Shown: positions 19,604 through 29,261 of the stretch, piece after piece
Layout of the letters: each line of letters begins with the position of its first letter
How positions within the stretch are numbered: position 1 is the stretch's first letter
Assembly (NCBI GenBank): GCA_963755715.1
Contig: CAVWLW010000043.1
Coordinates: forward strand, 1-64,000
Direction of reading: 5' to 3'
DNA from: an uncultured delta proteobacterium
Lineage (GTDB): Bacteria; Desulfobacterota; Binatia; UBA9968
Length of the DNA stretch: 64,000 bases
Made by a program: the position numbers and the translations under genes
Notes under the pieces: model-generated
Databases searched by the model: none
Seen by the model: only the letters and a program-made list of their open reading frames with translations
Told to the model about the DNA's origin: nothing

Positions 19604-21013
19604 ATGGCCGGCACTGATTTACCAGCTACCCTGGTGCAACAAATCGCCTCCAACGTGCTCAGCGTTGCCGCTGCGGCAATTCCATCGGAAGTCGTTGAGC
19701 ATACCAAGGCGCTGATCTTCGACTCCATCGGCTGCGCTTTGGCCGCGACCGAGGAGCCGGCATTTGCACGCGCGTCGCGCGTTTTTGCGCAACTCGGCGG
19801 CAACCCGGACTGCACCGTGATCGGTTCATCGCGGCGCGTTAATCTACCGCAGGCCGTGTTGCTGAATGGAATTTTGATTCGCTCGCTGGACTTGAACGAT
19901 GCCTACATCGGTCCCGGACAGATGGGACATCCGAGCGACAATATCGCGGTGGCGCTTTCCGTCGGCGAAAAGTTTCGCGCCTCTGGACTGAGCGTGATCG
20001 CCAGCGTCGCGCTCGGCTACGAGATTTACTGCCGCATGCAGGACATCATTCCAGCTCGCGGCACCTGGGATCACACGACCGCATCGGCATTGGCGGCGCC
20101 TTTGATCGCCGGCCGGTTGATGGGATTGAACGCGGAGCAGCTTGCCCACGCGGCCGCGCTGTCGGCCACGCATGGCAACACGCTCGCCGTCGTGCGCACC
20201 GGTCAGCTGGCCAATTCCAAGGCGAACGCCAACGCCATGGTGGCCTCCCAAGCGGTCCTGTGTTCGTTGTTTGCCGCCGAGGGCATGACCGGTTCATTGG
20301 GGGTGATCGAACACCGGCGCGGGCTGAGCACCGGCATGCTCGCCGGGGCAAAATTAGATCTTCTCGCTCAACCGATCGGCGATCGCTATAGAATCATGAC
20401 CTCCGCTATCAAAGCCTATCCCTGTATCGGCACGGCCCAGACCTTGGTCGCCGGCGTGCTGCAAGCGCGCGCCGGCATCGCCGATCCGGCGCGCGAAGTT
20501 CAGCGCATCGAAGTGGTGATGGCCGATATCCCGATCGTCAGCGCGCAAGTGGCGGACGAACAACGGCGCTACCCGGCAAGCCGCGAAAGCGCGGATCATA
20601 GCTTCTACTATCTTGCGGCAGCGGCTCTTTCGGACGGCGAAATTTCTGAAGCGCAATTTGCCCCTGGGCGCTGGCTGCAACCCGAAATGAGAGAGGCGAT
20701 GGCGCGAGTCTCGGTCCGCACCGACGCGAGTTTGAACAAGTACACGCCCGGCAGCTACCCGGCCGTGGTGAAACTGATTTTGCAAAACGGCGAGAGCCGG
20801 GAAGTCGAGGTCTTTTTTCCCAAAGGCCATCCCAAGAATCGCATGTCGCCGGCCGAAGTCGAGGCCAAATTCCGCGCCTGCGCGCGTGCGCGAGTGCCGT
20901 CGGCACGCCAGGAGAAAGTCATCGGGAAAGCGCGCGAGTTGGAAAAGCTCGCGTCCGTGGCCGAGCTGATGAACGATTTGGCAGAAGGCGAAACCGGCGT
21001 GAACCAGCCTTGA
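19604..21013 (+). CDS. MmgE/PrpD family protein
   Basis: FDSIGCALA, RSLDLND..GHPSDN, IKAYPC, PKGHPKNRMS..VEAKF motifs. Confidence 0.92.
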   Translation: MAGTDLPATLVQQIASNVLSVAAAAIPSEVVEHTKALIFDSIGCALAATEEPAFARASRVFAQLGGNPDCTVIGSSRRVNLPQAVLLNGILIRSLDLNDAYIGPGQMGHPSDNIAVALSVGEKFRASGLSVIASVALGYEIYCRMQDIIPARGTWDHTTASALAAPLIAGRLMGLNAEQLAHAAALSATHGNTLAVVRTGQLANSKANANAMVASQAVLCSLFAAEGMTGSLGVIEHRRGLSTGMLAGAKLDLLAQPIGDRYRIMTSAIKAYPCIGTAQTLVAGVLQARAGIADPAREVQRIEVVMADIPIVSAQVADEQRRYPASRESADHSFYYLAAAALSDGEISEAQFAPGRWLQPEMREAMARVSVRTDASLNKYTPGSYPAVVKLILQNGESREVEVFFPKGHPKNRMSPAEVEAKFRACARARVPSARQEKVIGKARELEKLASVAELMNDLAEGETGVNQP

Positions 21014-21176
21014 ACTTCACACTCTTGCCAAGCGCGATGGCGATTGTGCCGAGGACAACGAGGAGAGTGCCAACGATGATGCGCGGCGTGACTCTCTCAA
21101 CATCGCTCAGGAATAATTGCTCGCGATTCGCAAAGGGTCGGCGCGTCGCTACGATAACCCAATGGGGGATATCTTC

Positions 21177-22133
21177 ATGAAACGTTGTGTCCCTTTAACT
21201 TTATTCTTTCTGACCACCTTGTTAGCTACTGCGGGCTTCTGCCAAAAGCTTCGACCGGTTACCCTGGGTTTGACTGGGAAAAGCTTAACTACATTGATCT
21301 TCGAAATGAGCATTCGAAGAGGTCACTTCAAGCAACAGGGGCTGGATGTCAAGTTGATCACTATTCGCCAGAGCGATGTCATCATCAAGGCCACCATGGC
21401 GGGCGAACTGAACTTCATGAGCGTTATCCCTACCGCGATTCTGGCCTCGGTTCGCGGGCTCCCCATTCGTACTATAGCCGTCAATGTTGACAACGCGCCC
21501 TACGTTCTCGTCGGCCGGCCGCAGATCAAAAGCATGAGTGATTTGAAAGGCAAAAAAATTGCCGTGAGCTCATTGGGTGGTATGAGCACCCTGGTTGTTC
21601 GTGAAATCGTCGCGCGTAGCGGTCTCGATCCGGATCGAGACGTGACTTACCTGGCGGTTGGCGGAAGCGAGACACGCAGCGGTGCCATGGCGGCCAGCTT
21701 TGTCGATGCGGCGCTGATGACGATCCCGTTGAACTACGCTCCTGAGCGGCAAGGATATACTCGTCTGGCCTGGGGCCCCGATTATGTGCGCTATCCAATG
21801 AACGGAATCTCCGGGTCGCCAGACTATTTCGCCGCCAACCGCGATTTGGTTCTCGCTGTTCTGCGCGGAATGGCGGGTGGAGCTCGAGACGTGAAGGAAA
21901 GGAAATCTGACATGATAACTTTCCTGAAAGGCTATCTCGAAGTACCGGAAGACGAAGCAGTGAAGAGCTATGAATTTCTGGTCAGCCACATGCCCGACAA
22001 CATGATTGTCGATGATGCGGTGATCAAAAGTGCGATGGAATTTGCCGCCTCTGCCCTTAAGTTAAAGCCCGACGCCGTGCCTGATATTTCTAAGGTTCGC
22101 GACTGGTCGTATGCCCGCGCCGCTACAAAATGA
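21177..22133 (+). CDS. ABC-type substrate-binding protein, NMT1/SsuA-like
   Basis: RGHFKQQGLDV, DLKGKKIAVSSLG motifs; signal peptide. Confidence 0.85.
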   Translation: MKRCVPLTLFFLTTLLATAGFCQKLRPVTLGLTGKSLTTLIFEMSIRRGHFKQQGLDVKLITIRQSDVIIKATMAGELNFMSVIPTAILASVRGLPIRTIAVNVDNAPYVLVGRPQIKSMSDLKGKKIAVSSLGGMSTLVVREIVARSGLDPDRDVTYLAVGGSETRSGAMAASFVDAALMTIPLNYAPERQGYTRLAWGPDYVRYPMNGISGSPDYFAANRDLVLAVLRGMAGGARDVKERKSDMITFLKGYLEVPEDEAVKSYEFLVSHMPDNMIVDDAVIKSAMEFAASALKLKPDAVPDISKVRDWSYARAATK

Positions 22134-22164
22134 CTCGACGCGAAGTGACCGGCGCGCTATCTAT

Positions 22165-22874
22165 ATGAAAATTCGTGTTGCCTTCGTCATCGGTCAGTAT
22201 CCGCCTGAGGAGCGCAATCTCCGAGAACAGGTGGCGCTGTCCTATGCTACGCCGGAAATCGAAATCGGCATTCTCTCAACGCCGGCCTCGCCGTACATTC
22301 GCGGCATGAGCCCGACCGATATTCAGATGGCTGCGCCGTTGTTTATCGAAGCGTTTCGCGAAGCGGAACGCCAGGGTTATGACGCGGTAGTTCCGCTGGG
22401 CATGCTCGATCTCGGCATTGACGGCGGAAAGTCGGCCGTGAATATCCCGGTCGTCGGACCTTTCGAAGCTTCGTTCCATGTCGCGTCGCTTGTGGGCGAT
22501 CGCTTCGGCCTGGTTGTTTATCACCCAAGGACGATCCCGTTCACGCGCGCGATGGCGCGGCGCTACGGATGGAGTCGAAGATCGCAGGTATTCGCAGCGT
22601 TGGTTTTGCCTTACCCGATATCGCAGCGAATCGCGATCAGATGGTGCAGAACTTCGTCGCTCAGGCCCGGGCACTGATCCAGGAAGAGGGCGCGGAGGTG
22701 ATTATTCCAATGGGCATCACGCAATGTCCGGTGCATATAAAACCGGATTGGCTGCAGGAACAGCTCGGCGTTCCAGTGGTGGAAGGATTCGGCGCACCGA
22801 TTCGCATGGCGGCGCTGCTGGCAGGTCTTGGTTTAAAACAGAGTAGGGTGCGTTGGCCTAGGTCGAATTCTTAG
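22165..22874 (+). CDS. Asp/Glu/hydantoin racemase family protein (frameshift near 22567)
   Basis: AERQGYDAVV..DLG..NIPVVGPFEAS, then EEGAEVIIPMG..LGVPVVEG in the second frame. Confidence 0.8.
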
Positions 22875-22937
22875 CAAACCTTCGAGAGTCGGGGATTGAA
22901 AATTCAATGTTCAGCCGCTGTTGAAGAACCCTAGTCT

Positions 22938-23064
22938 CAGGCTGTTCAAAAAGGTCCAGATGCGAGGCGCGCGAGAAATCGACGAGCCGGAGGCGTATTT
23001 ACTGATACGTTGGAGCGAGGCGACCGAAGCGCAACGAAGCAGGTGGGCCTTTTTCAACAGCCTG
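22938..23064 (+). mobile_element. MITE-like element, copy 2 (overlaps the stop codon of the downstream minus-strand gene)
   Basis: CAGGCTGTTCAAAAAGG ... CCTTTTTCAACAGCCTG terminal inverted repeats. Confidence 0.7.
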
Positions 23065-23989
23065 CTGACATGTCTGCGATTAGAGCGTCTATGAAGCCTT
23101 CGTCGTCAAGCTCCTTAACCCAATGCATATCCCAGAGAGCCAGTGGATTTAGGTCCTGGGCGCCATATTCCTCGCAAGCGACCTCGTAAGTAGCGGCCAG
23201 GGCCTGCGGCGTCGGATAGGGTTTGATCTGCAGCTTGCCAACAATGGCGTCAAAATGTTTCTCCATCTCATGCACATCGCTCATTTTCATCAGCTGCATC
23301 GGCTCTCCCGTGACAACTTTCATGGCTTCCTGCTTGTGATGCTTCATCCAGCAAATCCCATGAATGACCGCCTTCACATAATTTTTTAATACGGCGGATT
23401 TCTTGCGCGCGAACTCGGCGGTGCACGCCTGGGCGTAATGACTCACCACCGCAAGTTCGGGCACCGGGAGAAATTTTAGACCGGCTTTCAAGGGCTCTGC
23501 TTGGTACAGCGGATCCATAAAGCAAGCGATGCATTCTCCGCTTACGACTTTCTTCCACTGACCCCACCTGCCCACGTCCGCATCCTTGAAGATCGGCACC
23601 CCCACTTTGCCCTCCAATCCCATCATCCTCAGCCAGAGCGTAACCGTATAAGGCCGGCCGGAATCCCTGACCGCCATATTCTTGCCGGTGAATTCGCTCA
23701 CGCTTTCAACGTGCTGGGGCACCATCAAATCCAGACCGCGGACGATTCGAGGGGCGCAAAAGAAAGTAATTTTTTTCCCTTTGGTTGCTTCGGCATAAAG
23801 AAATTCCACGTGGTCGATCAACACATCGGCTGAATCGTTGAACAGCGAAGCTTCGAACGCGCCATAATGTTTGATCTTCAAAGCCTCAACGTTGATGCCA
23901 TAATGTTTCGCGCCCATTTCTTTGATGCAGTAGATGACCGGAGTTCGATCATCGTCGCGATAGGCGACTCTCACAGTGTCCATAGACAT
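23054..23989 (-). CDS. NMT1-like substrate-binding-fold protein without signal peptide
   Basis: AGGAAGG RBS; KPYPTPQA and VKELDDEGFID C-terminus resemble the neighbouring SBPs; no hydrophobic N-terminus. Confidence 0.7.
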   Translation of the reverse strand: MSMDTVRVAYRDDDRTPVIYCIKEMGAKHYGINVEALKIKHYGAFEASLFNDSADVLIDHVEFLYAEATKGKKITFFCAPRIVRGLDLMVPQHVESVSEFTGKNMAVRDSGRPYTVTLWLRMMGLEGKVGVPIFKDADVGRWGQWKKVVSGECIACFMDPLYQAEPLKAGLKFLPVPELAVVSHYAQACTAEFARKKSAVLKNYVKAVIHGICWMKHHKQEAMKVVTGEPMQLMKMSDVHEMEKHFDAIVGKLQIKPYPTPQALAATYEVACEEYGAQDLNPLALWDMHWVKELDDEGFIDALIADMSAGC

Positions 23990-24274
23990 CAAACCTTCCT
24001 GCTGACCTGCTCGATAGAAATGCTCACAGCGACCAGAAACTTCCTTCGATGGGCTGCGGCTCGACAAATCTGAGCTTCCATAAGCACCTCCATTTAGAAG
24101 AATGTAACTAAATCTGGTAAAGCGCCTTTGCGTTTTCGTACAATAACTTATTTTTAGTTTCGTCGGAAAGATCTTTTCGGTTCTGTATCCCGGGCAAATT
24201 TTCTGGAATTCCGTATCTCAGCGGGGGCACTGCCTTTTTCAGTTGGGCCGCTCCACGCAGACCAGGTTTCGGCG

Positions 24275-24385
24275 GTGACCATCGAATACGCCCCGCAGCG
24301 CTTGGGCGGCGACGCGACCAAGCACATCCACACGATTTACCGCGATCCGACGAACGATTGCGGGGTAAAATGGTGGAAGCGGTGA
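24275..24385 (+). pseudogene. C-terminal fragment of a DUF3500-like protein
   Basis: VTIEYAPQRLGGDATKHIHTIYRDPTND matches the recalled DUF3500 C-terminal motif. Confidence 0.6.
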
Positions 24386-24665
24386 TCAGGACACTTGTCG
24401 TCTACCGCTGCTGCTCGGGTTACTGGCGATTCCGTCCGCCGTTTTCGCGCATCGGGATGACCAGTATCTCCAAGCGACGCTGGTGGCCATCGAACCGAGC
24501 GGCGTCCGGCTGCAAATCAACCTTAGGCCGGGCGTGGCTGTCGCTGAGCAGGTGATCGCCGAGATCGATCGCGACCGCGACGGCGCGATTCCAAGAACGA
24601 AGCGGCAGCTTATGCCAAAGGGCCGCGAGCGCGATCTCACGCTCCGCGTAGACGGGCGTCGCAGC
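24382..24665 (+). pseudogene. N-terminal fragment of a HupE/UreJ-associated protein
   Basis: AHRDDQYLQATLVAIE..LRPGVAVA..IDRDRDG; frameshifted signal peptide; truncated at the toxin gene. Confidence 0.5.
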
Positions 24666-25001
24666 ATGAAATTGGCTATCCGAGAATACTTAACGCCGCA
24701 AGGGAAAAATCCCTTTCGCGAGTGGTTAAAGACTCTCGACATGGGTGTCCAAGCACGTATCCAGGCAAGAGTGTTGCGATTTGAAAACGGCAATTTGGGC
24801 GATCACAAGAATGTGGGTGGTGGAGTCTGGGAGGCACGTTTAGATTTTGGACCGGGGTATCGGCTATACTTTGGAAAAGATGGGGCTGCAGTGATCTTGC
24901 TTCTTGCGGGCGGCGACAAGGCTTCGCAATCCAAAGATATCGCCGCGGCAAAACATTACTGGAAGGACTTTAGGGAGGCTAAACATGGCAAGGCGCAGTA
25001 A
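24666..25001 (+). CDS. type II toxin, RelE/HigB-like addiction module killer protein
   Basis: GKNPFREWL..GNLGDHKNVGGGVWEARLDFGPGYRLYF..LLAGGDKASQSKDI. Confidence 0.92.
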   Translation: MKLAIREYLTPQGKNPFREWLKTLDMGVQARIQARVLRFENGNLGDHKNVGGGVWEARLDFGPGYRLYFGKDGAAVILLLAGGDKASQSKDIAAAKHYWKDFREAKHGKAQ

Positions 25002-25296
25002 GGATTGGAATGTCGGTTTAGCGCAAGATCTGCGCGATCCGAATTTTGCTCGTGAATTTCTCCTGGCAGCCATTGAGGAAGGCGTATCGATTCAGATCGC
25101 CCTGGGAAAAGTTATCCGGGCTATTGGCATAAAAGAGTTTTCGGCGAGAATAAAAATCGCAAGTCCAAACATCCTGCGTGCGATCAATCCACGCCATAAT
25201 CCGACCCAGGAAACCCTCAATCGTCTCCTCAAACCATTCAGGCTTAAACTCAGTCTCGCGCCGATCGAGCAGCCAAAGTCTCGTCACGCGGCATAA
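24985..25296 (+). CDS. addiction module antidote protein (HTH antitoxin)
   Basis: Overlaps the toxin stop; GGAGG RBS; LRDPNFAREFL..AL.KVIRA.G..NPTQETL..LLKPF. Confidence 0.88.
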   Translation: MARRSKDWNVGLAQDLRDPNFAREFLLAAIEEGVSIQIALGKVIRAIGIKEFSARIKIASPNILRAINPRHNPTQETLNRLLKPFRLKLSLAPIEQPKSRHAA

Positions 25297-25731
25297 CAGA
25301 CCCCGCGATCTCGATCAGTGCGGCAAGACCGGAGCTGGTGGCGACCACTCAGCGGTCATGCGCAAACACGTCTTTACGATGATCCAGCGAGTATGCTTGA
25401 TATGGCACGATGCCTCTCCCGGCGCATTCAAGAGTTCGGAAGAGGTAGGTCAAAAATGAACCGGTGTATCGATATCGGCGTATACAAGCTTCAATCTAGT
25501 CCTGTAATTCCTCTTCGTGGCCGCCCCAACGCGCGATCGTCTCGTGCCGCTCGATCCATGTATCTACGGTAAACCTTATTCGCGGCGGAAATTCACCCGG
25601 ATAAATCGATAGCAGCGCGGTGCGTGTCGCCGTATCCAGGAGCTGTTGAATTGCGCAGGCTCTTTGCTCGTGAGTAAACGGTTCAGGGTTGCGATAGCAG
25701 TTGCAATGTCCATCCGTACGCGTTCTTGAAT

Positions 25732-26937
25732 TCAACTCCACAACTTCTTGCTCGCGATCGCCGCGCCGTCGCGCAGGGCGCGCAGCTTGGCCCAGGCGAT
25801 TTGCGGATGGACGCGGCCGCCTAGGCCGCAGTCGGTGCCGGCGATGACGTTTTCGCGGCCGACGATTTCAGCGAACGTGATGATGCGATCGGCTACCAGT
25901 TCCGGGTGCTCGACGAGATCGGTGGAGTGGCTGACGACGCCGGGAATCAGGATCTTCCCGGCGGGGAGTTTCACGTCGCGCCAGACTTTGAATTCATGCT
26001 CGTGACGGACGTTGCCGGCTTCGATCAAGTACGCTTGGGCGTTGACACGGAGCATGACGTCGACGATGTCGCGCAGCGGAAAATCGGTGGTGTGCGGACC
26101 ATGCCAGCTGCCCCAGCAGATGTGATAGCGCACGCGATCGACCGGGATGCCTTCGAGGGCATGATTCAGAATTTCAACCCGCTGTGACGCGTAGCGCCGG
26201 TAGTCCTCGACGCTTGGCTGGGGATCGAGCATGTCCCAGGCGCCGGGGAGGCCGGGGTCGTCGAGCTGGAGGATGAAGCCGGCGTCGACGATGGCGCGAT
26301 ATTCTTCGCGCATCGCATCGGCAATCGCTTCCAAGAATTTTTCCTTGGTAGGGTAATAGCTGTTCTGATCGCGGCAGAACATCTCCAGGCTGCCGGGCGC
26401 GATGGCGCTGACGAAGGCCTCTTCGACGCCGGCGGCGTTGGCGGCGAGCTTCAAGTTGACGAGCTGGTCGCGCAGAAACTGCTGCGCGGTGTAAGCGATC
26501 GGGCCGGTGCAGGTCGGGCGCAGCGCCGCGGTGCTGGGCGCGCCCAAGCCGGTGTCGGCGTAAAATTCCGCGAACTCGCGCTGCTCCCAGCGCACGCCGA
26601 CGATGCGCATCGGCGCGCCAGGTTTAGCAGTATCGGGTGCAATGGTCTGCGCCGAAGTCGGCGTGAAGCCTGAGACGCGGTCGAAGATGTAATTGCCCCA
26701 GGCGCCCCGGTCGGTGGACGCGCGCATGGGCTTGCCGAACTCGCCGTCGTTAGGAATATCGATGCCGGCGTTTTTCTGCGCGCGCACGATTTCACCAATG
26801 GCGGAGCGCAAGCGCGTTTGCAGCGCCGCTTCGTCCTCCGCCGTGACGGTTTTTTTCGCCCACATGGCGCGCAAGTCCGCCGGCCGCGGCAGGCTGCCGA
26901 CGTGGGTGGTAAGAATGCGTTCAGTGCTTCGTTTCAT
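25732..26937 (-). CDS. cobalamin-independent methionine synthase II (MetE C-terminal-like) family protein
   Basis: RILTTHVGSLPRP, DGEFGK, LQLDDP, HICWG, GTDCG zinc-ligand motifs. Confidence 0.92.
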   Translation of the reverse strand: MKRSTERILTTHVGSLPRPADLRAMWAKKTVTAEDEAALQTRLRSAIGEIVRAQKNAGIDIPNDGEFGKPMRASTDRGAWGNYIFDRVSGFTPTSAQTIAPDTAKPGAPMRIVGVRWEQREFAEFYADTGLGAPSTAALRPTCTGPIAYTAQQFLRDQLVNLKLAANAAGVEEAFVSAIAPGSLEMFCRDQNSYYPTKEKFLEAIADAMREEYRAIVDAGFILQLDDPGLPGAWDMLDPQPSVEDYRRYASQRVEILNHALEGIPVDRVRYHICWGSWHGPHTTDFPLRDIVDVMLRVNAQAYLIEAGNVRHEHEFKVWRDVKLPAGKILIPGVVSHSTDLVEHPELVADRIITFAEIVGRENVIAGTDCGLGGRVHPQIAWAKLRALRDGAAIASKKLWS

Positions 26938-27053
26938 TGGCGGCTGCCTCTAGCGCTCGATTGCTCGACTGAGCGCGTTCAAGACGTTCAATCGCTGAGC
27001 TCCGTTCAAATCGTTCAAGACGTCAGAAGATTAAGAGGAACAGCTTCGAGTCT

Positions 27054-28145
27054 TCAAATCCCGTAGAATCGTCTGGGATTGTCGGAAAGAATTTTCCGTT
27101 TGACCTGTGGATCGAGGCCCTCCATCGCTTTGAACCGGGAAATCGCGTTGAGTTCGCTTGAGGTATCGCCATGGCCGTAGTCGGTACCGATAACCAGATT
27201 TTCCTCGCCCGCGTAAGAGATCACATAAGAAAAGTCGTCATCGGTCTGGGTTGAAACATAAATCCCGTAGTCGCGGAAACAGTTCATCGACACCGGGTGT
27301 TCGCTTCCCAAGGAGCGCCGCACGGCTTCGTGGACGACCCAGGGCACCCACTGGCTCGATGTCTCGATGAAACCCCAGCGCAGCTTCGCGAAGACGCGCG
27401 GTATCTCGCTCATGATCAGCGCGTAGCATGCGGTGACTGTCGGGACACGAAATGTCGAGAAACCGCCGCCGGCTTCGTTGTTCAGCAATTTGAACAGATC
27501 GGGATTGCCGTTGGCAATGTGCACGGTCACCGGAATGTCTAGTCGCTGGGCCTCGTCATAGATTGGATAATAAAACGGGTCCGTCATCAGCTTGCCCCTT
27601 TCGAAGGGGCGCACGCAGACGCCGACGGCGCCATGTTCCTTGGCGAAGCGAATTTGCGGCGCGGCTTCGCTCGGGGTCAACGCCGGAACGACACAGGTCC
27701 AGCGCAAGCGGTTGTCGCCGAGTTTCCAGACATCCGCCAGCCAGCGGTTCCAGCTCCAACAGAGCGCGATCTCCACTTCCGGGCGGCGCGTGAGCGGCCG
27801 GAGCCAGAGCGAGTTGTAGAGCACTTGCACATCGATCCCCAACGCATCCATGTGTCTCAGCCGCTGGGTCACATCGCTAAGCTCCCGGGCTTGCACCGGA
27901 GTGCCCACTTCCCGGCCGAATCTTTTGACATGCTCTTCGGATTGCTTCTCGTTGGGCGAGGGAAACTTGGGACCGAGATCCTCGCCGTCGAGAACCCAAT
28001 GCTGGCGCTCCGGATTGTCCGGCTCGGCCACTAAGGTAGGGCGATATTTTTCCTCGCCGGCCTCGAGATAATCCCATACTCGCTCGTTCTCTACCACGTG
28101 CGCGTCCGCGTCGATCACGTCCGTTTTTACATTTGGCGTTAGCAT
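27054..28145 (-). CDS. amidohydrolase family protein (Amidohydro_2)
   Basis: IDADAHVVE, MDALGIDVQVLY, PVTVH, GTDYGHGD, ILSDNPRRFY motifs. Confidence 0.9.
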   Translation of the reverse strand: MLTPNVKTDVIDADAHVVENERVWDYLEAGEEKYRPTLVAEPDNPERQHWVLDGEDLGPKFPSPNEKQSEEHVKRFGREVGTPVQARELSDVTQRLRHMDALGIDVQVLYNSLWLRPLTRRPEVEIALCWSWNRWLADVWKLGDNRLRWTCVVPALTPSEAAPQIRFAKEHGAVGVCVRPFERGKLMTDPFYYPIYDEAQRLDIPVTVHIANGNPDLFKLLNNEAGGGFSTFRVPTVTACYALIMSEIPRVFAKLRWGFIETSSQWVPWVVHEAVRRSLGSEHPVSMNCFRDYGIYVSTQTDDDFSYVISYAGEENLVIGTDYGHGDTSSELNAISRFKAMEGLDPQVKRKILSDNPRRFYGI

Positions 28146-28325
28146 GGGATCTCCGTCAGCAAAAGCATTACCCAACATCGGCTCCGCTGTCTAGAGGTTT
28201 GATCAGAGAAGTAGGGTCTGACTTATTTATTTCTCGATAAGTCCAATGCCGCGCCGGCACAACCAGCGCATTTTGACAACGACGTGGCGGGCAATCAAGG
28301 TTAATAGGATCTATAATTCACACGT

Positions 28326-29004
28326 ATGAACAAGCTCTATTTTCGAGCACTACGGTCATCGATTTACGGCTTGCTGGTGATGGCGGCGCTTCTTTTTGTG
28401 CCCGCGGGAACGCTCGATTACTGGCAGGCGTATGTCTTTATGGCCGTCTTCGTGGGAGGGTCGACCGCCATCACGGTGTATCTCGCTATAAAAGATCCCA
28501 AGCTTCTGGAGCGGCGGATGAACGTCGGGCCAACGGCGGAAAAGGAGCCGACTCAAAAGATCATCATGGTTTTCGCGCTGCTCGGATTCATTGCGCTCTT
28601 GGTTGTTCCGGCATTGGACCGTCGCTTCATGTGGTCGTCCGTGCCACCGTGGGTCACTGTGCTAGGCGACTATCTTGGTCGGCCTTGGATTTTTGTCAGT
28701 GTACTTCGTCATTCGCGAGAATAGTTATGCTGCTTCCACGATCCAAGTAGCCGAGGGTCAAACGGTCGTCTCGACGGGCCCCTACGCCGTCGTGCGCCAC
28801 CCGATGTATGCAGGAGTGCTTCCTTTGCTCATAGGAACCCCGCTTGCGCTCGGCTCGTGGTGCGGACTGGGCGCGCTCATTTTGTTTATGCCTGCGCTAA
28901 TATGGCGGCTTCTGGATGAGGAAAGATTCCTGCACAAGAATTTGCCGGGATATACGGAGTATACTCAGAAAGTGCGGTATCGATTGGTGCCGTTTGTCTG
29001 GTAG
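28326..29004 (+). CDS. isoprenylcysteine carboxyl methyltransferase family membrane protein (frameshift near 28670)
   Basis: LFVPAGTLDYWQA, then VVSTGPYAVVRHPMY..EERFL..LPGYTEY..RYRLVPFVW. Confidence 0.85.
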
Positions 29005-29261
29005 ATCGAAGAAAAATGAATAGGGCGCCAAAAGGCGTCGAGTCTTTTGTTGACGGCAGGGCGACCACCCATCCGATCTTTCGAGCCTAAAGGTCTCACC
29101 CACCATAGTCTAAGGAGACAACGGTGCGCGAAAATCGGGTTACGCTCGCATTCCTAAACGCGCCGGCCGGGAGTCCGGCGACGCTGGCTGCTTTGATTTC
29201 CTCAGAGGGCACAGCGAGATACTTCTGCTTCTCGGCAACTGCGTGTGTCTGCGCAACTCGC

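Noticed and set aside
25297-25725. Possible integrase remnant at the island border
   Set aside because: No tyrosine or serine recombinase motifs were seen in the short ORFs.
15646-25996. Diversity-generating retroelement TR/VR pair
   Set aside because: Mismatches between the two copies involve all four bases rather than adenines only, and there is no reverse transcriptase in the window.
26938-27053. Cobalamin or SAM riboswitch upstream of the metE-like gene
   Set aside because: The spacer is short and filled with GTTCAA repeats; no aptamer consensus is visible.
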